Source: Raillietiella orientalis
Lineage: Eukaryota
Direction of reading: 5' to 3'
Length of the DNA: 64,000 nucleotides
NCBI GenBank assembly: GCA_036172245.1
Contig: JAYWIR010000006.1
Span: 1,550,001 to 1,614,000 of the forward strand
Part shown: piece after piece, positions 12,630 to 22,599 of the stretch
Position numbering within the stretch: position 1 is the first letter of the stretch
Layout: every line of letters starts with the position of its first letter
Made by a program: the position numbers and the translations under genes
Notes under the pieces: generated by a model
Told to the model about the DNA's origin: nothing
The model's input: the letters and a program-made list of their open reading frames with translations, nothing else
Database searches by the model: none

Positions 12630-14020
12630 TAGCACCCTTCTTGCCTTGTTGAGTCCCCATCCCCACGATTCCTCTTGCGTCGCGAATCCCCTGAAGCTCC
12701 TGGAGGCACCGTGCGGGCACGAGAAAAAGAACCCTCCATCCGCGCAGCAGGTTCCGAGGGCGATCCCTGGAGAAAACGCTCGAAGAGGTCCGGTAAGGCG
12801 GCTATCTGGAGGCACCGATTCGGTGTTGCACTTTTCTAGCTCTTCTGCCTGTTGAATGGTTGCTCGATAAGGTCCCTCCCTCTTGCGTCCTCTTCCCAGA
12901 GACAAGGATGCGTGCCCTCCGTTGCACTCCCCGGAGGGCGAGAAAGTCGAGAACCACCGCCCTGGATACGACGGATGGGTCGCACCCGCCCCGTCCTCGG
13001 CTTCTCTCGAACCACTCCTCGATATCCGTCGCCAGCAGTGGCGGAAGGCTCGCGACGGTAGCGGAGGGGGCGTGGAGAGCGGGAACAGGAAAAGGTTAGG
13101 AGCGGATGTCGACTTTTGGGTAACGAATGAGGGTCGCAGGCAGCTGCTGAGAGCCTTGTCCGAATGCTGCCTGTCTCCATGGCTAAGGGGTACAAGGGCA
13201 TGCCTGCGAAAGCAGCTTCCGAGAAGTGGCCTCACGAAGATTCCACAGGGAGGAGAATGACCTGCTTCCAATCCACGGGTGGCTGCACCTCTGTGTGCTG
13301 CTCCAGGAGCGCACCCCATACCCTCAGAGGTCGGTGGGAGAGCGCTCCTGTTGCGTCCGCGTCTTGCCCGCGGCAGGACAGCCGACGAGGGTGCTGACAC
13401 GTCCGACGCCTCCCCTTCAGCTTCCAATTCACCCGCGGAGCCCGAAAGTTCCTCCTGAGAATCCTGGATGACCTTCGCTCACGGGAGGTAGCGATGGCTC
13501 CCTGGGATAGCAGCAGCCATGTCCTTCCATTCTGCTGGGGAGTAGCAGAGGGTCTCCGGCGAGGAGACGTCTAGTGTTAAGTTCGAAGAGATGAGTCTTT
13601 CGAGCAGTTCCTGGGATCATCATAGGGAGGAGGAGGGTTTCAGTGCCTCTCCGCTTCTGCCATGAAGGTCAATCCCTGCTGCATGCTGACGCATTCCAGA
13701 AGCATTCCCGTGCCTGTTCTACAAGGGACCGGCACGGGAATGTGACCGTTCCTTGAGGATGTTCCCTTCCGCCGAGGTGTGGTGAAGTTTCGGGGGACCA
13801 ACCAGCGAGATGGAGTTCTAGTGAAGAAGAGGAGGGACGGAGGCGTCGATCACAGAAAATCCAAGGTCATGAAGTTTCCTCGGGGAATCCCCGAAGGACT
13901 CGACCCACTTTTGAGAGCCTCAAGCGAGGTCTTTGAACATGGCCTCATTCTCTCCGCCGGGATCTTTCCCAAGGCGTGGTGGGCTCGGCGAGTCCTGTGA
14001 TCCGATTTTCTCGGATGACT
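12630..14020 (-). mobile_element. Ty3/gypsy integrase plus chromodomain remnant
   Basis: QDSPSPPRLGKD...KWVESF (zinc-finger region), TSSRNGHIPVPV, SATPQQNGRT (~13530), KREGPYR (GPY/F module, ~12875), SFRGFATQEESW (chromodomain, ~12680). Confidence 0.7.
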
Positions 14021-14314
14021 GCCGATCCGCTCTCTTTTCTTTTTGGTTCGCTAAGTACCTCAGAGCCGGTCGCGTGCCTCGCGGCGCGCGTGGCTCTTTT
14101 TAAACATTAACACCCTGTTTTGTTTTCACGCCTGTCCGCGGCAACCCGCAGGGTGGGGGGGGGGGGGAATTCTTCAGTGTAATATTCTTCAGGATAGGGG
14201 CACCCCGGGATGGGGTCCGCCCTAGTGAATCCAGGAAGGGTTCGGAGTCCGTTCCTCTCACGCTTGGGGAGGGATCCCCCCAGACGGGGGGGATCGCACC
14301 TCCCACCCTGGTTG

Positions 14315-14520
14315 TCTCCGAAGGGGAACCCCGAAGAGAATCTCCTTCCTCATTCTCTCCGGAGGGACACCCCCCTAACGGGAGGTGGTCCTCTCCATTT
14401 CAACTTCTCCGAAGGGAACCCGGAAAGGATCCGCTTCTAGGAATTTCTTCTCCGGAGGAAACCCGCAAGGGAACCGCTCCTGTTCACTCCTCTGAAGAGA
14501 ACCCCGAAGGGACGCTTCCG
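14315..14520. repeat. Tandem ~42-bp subrepeats inside the family element
   Basis: Units TCTCCG(G/A)AG..AACCC.GAAGGGA..CGCT.C start at 14315, 14356, 14406, 14449 and 14489. Equivalent units occur in the other copies (e.g. 20473, 20518, 20560, 20603). Confidence 0.85.
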
Positions 14521-14916
14521 AAACTCAGAAGGGGCGCTGCAGCTTCCCGTAGGGAATCGCTCTCGCTTGCTTCCTTTGTGCACACTCTGTGAAGAGGCGA
14601 CGACTCGGAGGGACCCCCAACAGGGGGGTCCGCTCCTTTGAACAACTGGAGAGGTGCCCTTGAGGGCTCCTGCTCCATCTTGAAACCAGAGGCGGTCCCC
14701 CAGTGACGGGGGTCCACTCTCCTTTGCACACAGGAGGGGGAACTCCCCACTCCTTTATTCCTGGGAGGACCCGAAGGTCGACTCCCATTGTTCCGGCCTT
14801 CATCGGGAGGCCGCCGGCTTTATCCACCGCCGGAGCCACGCTCGAATGTCTCGGCCAACCAGCGGCGTTGCAGGAGAAACTCGGAACCCAAACGACGCAA
14901 TGGCGTCAAGTTATCT

Positions 14917-14988
14917 GCCCAAGTATTCGAACCCGCGACGCATGGTGCCACGCGCGGAAGCCTTAACCACAAAGCCTCCGACGCGGGC
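14917..14988 (-). ncRNA. tRNA-derived cassette (non-functional tRNA, Pol III promoter-like)
   Basis: Minus strand GCCCGCGTCGGAGGCTTTGTGGTTAAGGCTTCCGCGCGTGGCACCATGCGTCGCGGGTTCGAATACTTGGGC has D-loop-like GTGGTTAAGGC, T-loop GGTTCGAAT and pairing GCCC/GGGC ends. The anticodon arm does not pair. Confidence 0.65.
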
Positions 14989-15279
14989 TCTTTTTGGCAA
15001 TCGCCGCTGCTCGCACATGGCGGAGGATTACTAGCGAAGAGGCGGCTGGCAAGTCCCTTCCGAGCTGTCCCTGGGGTCAGTATCATGGGGGAGAGAGGGT
15101 GTTGTAGTCAGTCCTTCCCATGCGCGTCCATCCTGGCGCATTCCAGAAACATGTGCGGAGGGGCGCGTTTCCTACCCGCTGAGGCGTGACTGGGCGCTGG
15201 GCTCTACGACGCTCCGGAGGCCGCGTCCCCGAAGATCGACACTGTTCTACCTTCCGGAGCTGCGCCGGCTCCGTCCGGG

Positions 15280-17940
15280 AGTAACTCGGCAGGGATTCGT
15301 ACATCCCTGGGTCCAGCTGCCCTCGTGCGGAGCTCGTGACGTCACCGAGAACGGCGGGACCCGCCAGCGACCAGTTCGGCAGGGGGTCTCGATCCAGGTT
15401 CGATCCGTCCAGGAGTGTCCGTTTGGAATCTGGAATGTCCGTTTTCCTGCCCTTTTGCCCGCCCGCCGAACAATCACGCAGAGGCGAGGATCGGGAACGA
15501 AAGACGCCCGTCCGCTTCTCCCAGAGCCGCCACGTCGAACGGAGGAGGGTCCAGTCGACCGCTCCCTCCTCCAGCGGGTTTGCTGCTGCTGCGCCGCCAC
15601 CGCCTCCTTCCCGCCTTCTCCCCTCTCTTCCCACCGGAAGACCGCGGCGGCGGCGATGCCGGTTGCTGCCCCGCGCCCGGAAGCCCGAAGCTTCTCGACC
15701 CCTGCCGACTCCGGGCGAAACTTTCGGCGGGAACCTCCTCGCTGTCCACGTGCTGCTGCTGCTCTGAGGAGGGAAGGGGGTGGGGGCGAGACGGGTGGAA
15801 AACTGCAGACGGTTCCCCTCTTCCCCTTATCCTCTCCATGCGACCTGCAACAAAAGAATGGAATTTCAATGTTGCGAGGGAATGGCAGGCAGTAGCGGTG
15901 GGGCGAAGAATACACACACACACAAAAAAGGCGCATTGTGATTTCGGGGTCTCTGGTGGAACTCCCACCCGGCCCGCATCACCATCTCCAGCAGGCCTTC
16001 GGTCGCCCTCCCGCGTGCCTGAGCAGGAAGCCGCTGCTCCAGTGGCAAACCACCCCATCTCTGTTCCACAGAGAGTGGCGCGAATGATCGCTGGTTGCGT
16101 GGTAGCTTCTGCAAGGTTTCCTCCTCCTCCTCCATGATGCTTGGGATCAGGGACCATTAAGCATCCCCTGCTTTTCTCCCCAGCTGTCTCGTTCGTTTCC
16201 TTCCGGTTCGCTGCGCTTCCTTGGAGTAGGGAGGAGAGGGAAGGAACCGGCGACGGCTGATCCGCGCGCCTACCAACGGATCCCCACAGGGTCGCGCGGG
16301 TGCGACTCCTTCCTCCACCTCCTCCGTTTCCCCCTTCTTCCCCCCCTCTCCTCGAGGCGAACACACGGCCTCTCAACGTGGGGCGAGGCAGCGCAGGGAC
16401 TTCCCATCATCTCCACTCTCCCCGTGCGCAGTGATGCATCTGCATACCAAGGTGGGGATGGCGCAGACAGGTGAGGCGAGAGGTGAGTCGCGCGTGGGCA
16501 GGATTTTTCCTCTTTCATTTTCCTCACCTCCTCCGTCCTGAAGCGGCTCGCTCCACTCACTCCACCCCTACTCCGCTTAGTTCCCACCCATACCCGATCG
16601 CGCGAGCCCAAGGGCTCCCTCCGACCTCTGCAGGGGACCCGAGGGACGCTGGCCGAAGAAATCGATGGAGAGGCCCCTGAGGCTAAGTGAGCGGAACAAA
16701 TCCGGAGGAAAATTGGGAGGCGCCCATAACTCAACGGGGAAGACTCGGCGGCGGTCCGCCGCGCGCCTCGTGGACGGGTAGGAAACGCCCTGGAGGAACC
16801 CACTGGAACCTGCCAACTCGGCGGGAACGGGCGAAGCACCTGCCTTGCCCCTCTTCCGATCCCGCGCGCGCTTCCCACGCGATACCTCGCGCACCTTCCG
16901 ACCGAGGTCGCGGGCACTTCTTCCGGCAACCCCGCGATACGTGGAGGTGCGCACTTCGGTCGTTACCCTCGAAACGCCAAGGCATTGGTCTCTGTTCGTT
17001 TTCAGGGGCGAGTCCTCCTTCCTTCCTTAACAGTCCACAGAGGCGCCTCCGAAGAAGGGTCCCTGCTCCTACAGCGTCTTCCCCAGTCCACGGGGCATCG
17101 CGCGCACGCTTCCTTGAGCTCTCGGTGGGAAGGAGAGAAGGGGGGAAGAGAGGTCATGGAGACCGAACCGTGGAGCCCTGAGCGGCAGAACTCCGTCCTT
17201 CCAACTACCTGCCCCCTCATTCGTCGGCAGCGTCATCTACTCCCTGATGTCCTTCCATGGCCAGGACACCTGCCACCCACCACCTTCACGCATCCACGCC
17301 CTGCTTCTCGAGAGCGCTCTTGATCACGCTCGTCCAATGTGCCCTGCTGACGCTTTGGACTTCCGGGACCTGAGAATCTGCAGAGAGCCGATCCCTTTTC
17401 GTCTCTCAGAGGGACGGCCTTGGAGTATCGCGAAGAAGACTACTCCTCCTTCTCTCCAGTGCCCCCGAATCTGCGAGGGCGCGCGCCGACCGACCCCGCT
17501 TCCAGATCTTCCGTCTTGACGTTTCGGCATCCCACGGGCGAGCCTTCCGAACTGCGAACTCATCGCGCGCGAGTTGCGAGGTCTGTATCGTCGAGGGAGG
17601 CCCCTCCTGGACTCTCTTCCCCTTCCCTCCCCTTTCCCCCACCGATCCCTGCTCTCAAGTCCCTGTTTCTATTCATCGGGGAAGGTGAGAGGGAGTGGCA
17701 TGGGTTTGCGGCTTTCTTTCAGCAGGGACGCGCGGGAGCGACGGGCACCGACGCTGTGCAGCGAACGGACAACCCGAACTCGAACAATTGACGGTGCCGG
17801 GATTCGTCGGCGCGCTTGTTGCCAGCGCGGATGTCGCTAGGACGAAGCAAACGACCGGCACTCTCGTCGGGATCGCCAGCCGCTGCTAGGCAAAGCAGCT
17901 TCCCTTCCCGAGGCTGCGTTCTTTCCCCCGTTGTTCGTAG
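15280..17940 (+). mobile_element. Decayed Ty1/copia pol remnant (integrase, RT, RNase H)
   Basis: Copia domain order on +: RPATKEWNF...GRRIHTHT...FGVSG (~RSDNGxEF...GIxH...NGVAE); QGLPPTSAGDP (~GFxxSxxDP); FVGSVIYSLMSFHGQD (~LVGSLMYLMxxTRPD); PWSIAKKT (~SWxSKKQ); RTRTID...AKQLP (~RTKHID...LTKxL). Confidence 0.7.
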
Positions 17941-18899
17941 GCGGCTTCGCACCGACCGTCGCGCGGGTCGAAACGTTCGGAAACTCCGCGACGCGCCGAG
18001 CGCCGCGAAGCGGCGGCTCTCTTCTTCGGCTCCGTCCTTCGGAGGGCAGGGGGAAATCGGAGCTGCGGCGATTCCAGAGAAGGGTTCGATGCCCTCCCTC
18101 TCCCCCCGCCCGAAGACATCGGTCGTGGTTCCTCCTGCTCCTGAGGACTTTTTCCCGTTCACGGATGGGAAGACGGCTTCCTGCCCGCGGCGAAAGAACG
18201 GACCTCCCTTGCCGGATGCAGCGGGGACAGTACTAGCCTCCCGGGAAAATCCTCATCTCTCTCCTGGCTCCCTGTAGGGAAGAAGAAAAAAGCCACCCGG
18301 TCAACCGAACGCGGTCGTGGGTCTAGTAACTTCCTCCTGGCGGCCCTCGAGCCAACGCCTGCATTCTCGAGGCGACCTCGGGGATGCTCCTACTTTTGGG
18401 ACCTGCGAATGGAGCCACACAAAACATACAGCGTGCCGAGCCCTTCTGATTTCTCTCTCCCTCCCCCCCGGCCTTGTTGCGCATCGAGCCATCTCCTGTC
18501 ACTCCAAGAGGATGCCCGCCTCTTGAGGGGAACATTCCTTGTGTCGACTACCCGGCTGCTCTTCTGCTGCACGCCCCTTTCCGGACTGCGGGAGATTCGC
18601 CTCTGGTAAGGCGCACAGAACCTGATACCGGGACGTGGAGACATCTCCCCCCCCCCTCCCATCACGTCACGCCTCATGCTGCTTTTCAGGGACTGCTTCT
18701 CCAAAGGCTGGTCGAGCCTGGGGGCAAAAAAAAAAAAAAAACGCTAGACCAGGAGGCAAGCGACTGCACATCCTCTCTAGACAGCTGTTTCAAGATCGCG
18801 TCCTGCTGATCAAGCGAACCGCCCATCCGGGCGCTGCTCGCCTGCACCTCGCGGGTCGCCGCCCGAGGCAGGCACGAAACGGACGCTACTTTCTCGCTT

Positions 18900-20330
18900 T
18901 GCTAAAGAAGTGAGAAAATTCTATGGATCAGCCCAATGGATAGGGCCTTCCGCTTGGAGAAGCTTTCTGTAGGTGGGGGGGATCAGGATGGAGTTCTGGA
19001 GGGCAGCAAAAACCGACGGCCACCCTAGTGCAAGGTCGACAGCCGGCGGGATGTTTCATAAGGCTGGGAGCGACTCGCTGTTGCTCCCTTTCGACTTCAC
19101 CCGACTGCATTCCTCCTCTCCCATCCTTTTCCCTATCCAACGCAGACCCTACGCTATCCGTGTTCACCGCCGTGGGGCCGGTTCGTCCCGTTTCCTATTG
19201 AATCACTGGCACTCCCTCCTCTATCGCCATTCCTTCCTAGTTTTCTCCCCGAGGAGTGGCGAGGGTGGGCCCTTCCGTTTCATGAAGGGACGCGGATCCC
19301 TGGAATGAAAACTCAGAACGAACGGAAGTCGCGAGCTTGCGGGAGAGGGAACAGCCTTCCGCAAGTTCCGAAGAGAGAACAGATGGGGAGGAGGAAGGAG
19401 AGGGGGGAAGGAAAAAGCATCCGGGAATCTTCGAGAGGACGGGAAGAACGCGGGCTCAAACCGTTCCCGAGGGAGAGCGTCGAAGGCACGTGGCAACCGT
19501 GACGGAGAACGGAAGTGGCTACTTTCAGGAAGCAGGGTGACCGTGGGAGCGACGCCGGCGCTCCTTCAGCTTGAAAACAAACGCAACTCGGTGTGGCCGA
19601 TGTGGTTCAGCGCCGCTGCATTCGTGCAATAAAATAAAACGCCGTTCCCCTTCTGCTCCCTCCCTCTCTCTTCCCTAGGGAAAGGAATGGGGGAGGAACG
19701 CAGTCGGCGGCTACGTTTTTATTTACCTGGGTTACCATTAGGAACCGCGGCTGGTGCCCTTCACCACAGGGTCCACGGACGCCGAGCAGGAGGTTTCCGA
19801 AGGAGGCAAGAATCCAGGAGCTGTCGATGGAGATGGCGTCAGCGCGCGCAGCGCCATTTTGAATTGGCGCTCTCGCCGCTTCCGCAGATGTCTTGCGTAC
19901 CAAAAAGGCTCCTCATGACTTCGGACGGCCCAGGGTGAACTACTCGCGGCATTTGCCAAAGAGATCGCACGGCGATGCTCTTCCACCTCCGTCGGTTTTC
20001 CTCTCTCTGCCTCCCCTCTTCCTTCCTTTCTCGCTTCGGCGGTCTGCTTCTTGAAGGCTGCGACGTCCGCGCATCCTTCACATCTTCGAGTAGGGAAGCG
20101 GGTCAAGCGAAATCCAGCGGACGGGTTGCCGGAGCAGCAGCTTCTTCACGCACACGGGTGGCCACCGGAGAACGCCTGCTCCCTCTTGACCCAAACGCCA
20201 GCGTGCCCGTCGGCCATCGCCTTGCCACATTGACCCGAGAGGCTCGTCTCCAGGATTTCCCAAGTAGTCAAGTAAAGAACAGTTCGCCTGGGGGCTCACG
20301 AAGCTCATTGACGCTGCCCATGCTACCCGG
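18900..20330 (-). mobile_element. Ty3/gypsy RT-connection, RNase H and integrase remnant
   Basis: SVNELRE; EPLGSMWQGDG...WRLGQEGA...VKKLLLRQPVRW (~PLTxLL...W...Q.AF..LK.LL..PVL); FWYARHL; TRIA*GLRWIG near 19150. Confidence 0.6.
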
Positions 20331-20337
20331 AGGCGCG

Positions 20338-20970
20338 TATCATTCTCTTCAAGCTACAGGGGGTGACCCAGGAGGGGACTGTCCTATGAATCCAGGAAAG
20401 AGGAGTCCGATGGAAGGAGTCCGTCCTTCTCACGCTTGGGATATGACCCCGAAAGAAACCTCTTCCTTGTTCTCTCCGGAGGGGTCCCTCGGTTTGTCGG
20501 GGTCGCTCCTCGTTTCTTCTCCAGAAGACTCTCCAGAAAGGATCCGCTCCTGAATTTCTTCTCCGGAGAGAACCCGCAAGGGAACCGCTCCCTGTTTCGT
20601 CCTCCTCCGAAGAGAACTCCGAAGGGAGGCTTCCGAATTTCTCTGAAGGACCAGAGCGCTTCTTCCACTCCAGATCGGGTCCATTTGCACAACCGGAGGG
20701 GAGCCCCCAAAGGTTCCCTGATTCCTGGAAGGATCCCCGAGGGTCGATTTTCAATGCCGGCCAGTCAACGGGTGCTTCCGGCTTCCACCAGCGCCGCCAC
20801 ACCCGAAGCCAGCCGAGGCCAGCCAGCGCCATCCTGCTGGAGAACTCGAAACCCACGACGTACCCTCTCCCCTCCTTCCTTCTCCCCACGTGGGGATCCG
20901 AACGCGCAACGCTTGGCGCCATGCTCGGAGACCGCAGCCACACGGCTGCCAACGCGGGCAATCTCGTGAT
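20338..20970 (-). mobile_element. tRNA-headed LTR-like repeat family, copy 2
   Basis: Colinear with copy 1. Subrepeats at 20473-20640 and tRNA-like cassette at 20884-20959. Confidence 0.8.
20884..20959 (-). ncRNA. tRNA-derived cassette (degenerate)
   Basis: 76 nt: GCCCGCG-TT-GGCAGCCGTGTGGCTGCGGTCTCC...GCGCGTTCGGATCCCCA-CGTGGGG. The acceptor-like stem pairs at 6 of 7 positions. The B-box is mutated. Confidence 0.55.
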
Positions 20971-21370
20971 TTCTGGAATCCTTGGTGTCGTCTGCGGGGA
21001 AGGAAAACGCGTTTCCAGCTCGGGCACCGTGCCTTTCTCGAAGCCGAAGCGCGGACGTGGTCCCAGAGCGTTTTCTGGAGGCCCATTTACGCTATAGGGA
21101 GGCGGAGAGCTCCCTCTGCTCGAGGGAGCTCCTCTCACGTGTGCGGAGGCATCAGCCAGGCATCTTTTGGAAGGAAGAAATCGATACTCCCCTCCGGAGA
21201 CGCGTCGAGGATGCTGAGAACACTCGCGGGCAGACGTTCGACGTGGGAGAGACACGGGCGGGTTGCCACGGGAGGAGTTTTCCTTGGTTCCGCTTTCCCA
21301 CGTGGCTGCGTCCCAACGCGGAGAGTGCCCAAGACGTGCGCGCCCACTGAGGGGCAGATCTGGGAAACTG

Positions 21371-22570
21371 GGCCCACGGCGACGGCGGCCGTGTGGCTGC
21401 GGTCTCCGTGCGTGGTACCAAGCCACGTGGGGGGATCGATGTCAAGAAATAGGTGCGTCGTTGGTTTCGATTCCCCCCTCCCTTTCCCTCCGCTCCCCCT
21501 CTTCGGCAGGACGACTCTGGTTTCAGGGACACTCTGTCTTCCTGCGCTGAGGGTCTGAGGTGGATGCCAGAAAGCGTGCCTCGGTTGCCCTTCGAGTTCG
21601 GGGTATCTGTGAACGCTTCCCGACGTAGACGCATCTCAGCGTGGAGAGTGCTTAAAGGCTGTGTCCATTGAAGGATGGCGGGAGACTTGTCACTGAGCGC
21701 TTCCGGAATGCGGGAGACTGTTCCTCTGGGGTGCACGTCTCACGGAAGGGGTGTGTGCGCTCGTGAGTCTCGATTCTTCCTACAGGATGACTCCGTGGGT
21801 TTGAGGTGAGGCACCAGTGCAAGCCGGAAACTATCGGATCCCCCCTCGACCGTCCGGGATTGGAAGTCGACCCTCCTGAGTTCTTCCGGCAAGCAAGGAA
21901 ACTTTCGGGGTTCCCTCCCCCGCTTAGGAAAGGGGAGCCTCTTTCTCCTCCCTCAGGGAGCACCCTCCATCTCCCTTCCTCCCTTTCAAACGGAGTCGTG
22001 CTCTCTTGAGTTTTTCGGCGGACCCTGTCCAGCAACCCGCTGCTTCTTCCTTGTCCTGAGGACCGGCTTTCTACTTGATCCCCTCCGTCCTTTTTCTCGC
22101 CTCGTCGTGGGGTGGGGGTGCTGCCCTACCCTCACCGAGCCTTGCCTGCATTCGGGGCTGGGAACTCAACGCCCTGCCTCCATCCTTTGGCGCGCGGGAT
22201 GCCCTCCTTCCCTCTCCAGGGGAGGAGGCTCGCACGCTGCATCCTTGACGCACGGGGCGATACCCCTATTGGGGTTGCCTCTCCAGAGTGCAAAGAGTGC
22301 ACTTCTTCTTTCGGGAGCGTCCCTTGGAGAAATCCGGGAGCATTACTTCAGGGTTACTCTTCAGAGGAAAAAATAGGAGCGGATCCTTTCAAGGGGGTCC
22401 CTTCGGAGAAGAAAATGAGAAGTGACCGCATACCCCCTCCAGGGGATACCTCCTGGAAAAATAAGGAAGAGGATCCCTTCTGGATTCCCTTCCCAAGAGC
22501 AAGAGGAGAGGACTCCGGAGCACTTCCTGGATTCATAGGGTGGTCCCCTACCGGGGTACCCCCGAATGCG
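21371..22570 (+). mobile_element. tRNA-headed LTR-like repeat family, inverted copy interrupted by a gypsy RT fragment
   Basis: 21372-21432 matches the cassette with the T-arm deleted. 21450-21580 and 22270-22570 match the reverse complement of the other copies (e.g. TTCCTGGATTCATAGGGTGGT). Confidence 0.75.
21600..22260 (-). mobile_element. Ty3/gypsy RT N-terminal fragment nested in the family element
   Basis: LDRVRRKTQE (~LDELRRQLxE), IVSGLHW (~DLxSGYHQ), QSPAFRKRSVTSL (~NAPAxFQRxM). 21978-22255 is a direct repeat of 24551-24828. Confidence 0.6.
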
Positions 22571-22599
22571 ACGAGTAGTTTGGTGGCGCTATCCGTGAC

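Larger units (their letters stand above)
14178..14999 (-). mobile_element. tRNA-headed LTR-like repeat family, copy 1 (most complete)
   Basis: Colinear similarity to 20338-20970, 21371-22570 (inverted), 39720-40490 and 59884-60580, e.g. GAATCCAGGAA...GGAGTCCGT.C.TCTCACGCTTGGGA. Minus-strand ends are TGCCA...TTACA. Confidence 0.8.

Noticed and set aside
14315..14520. CRISPR-like array
   Set aside because: The units are contiguous and degenerate with no unique spacers, there are no cas genes, and the context is eukaryotic TE sequence.
14173..15004. Target-site duplication around family copy 1
   Set aside because: The flanks TTCAG and ATCGC match at only 2 of 5 positions.
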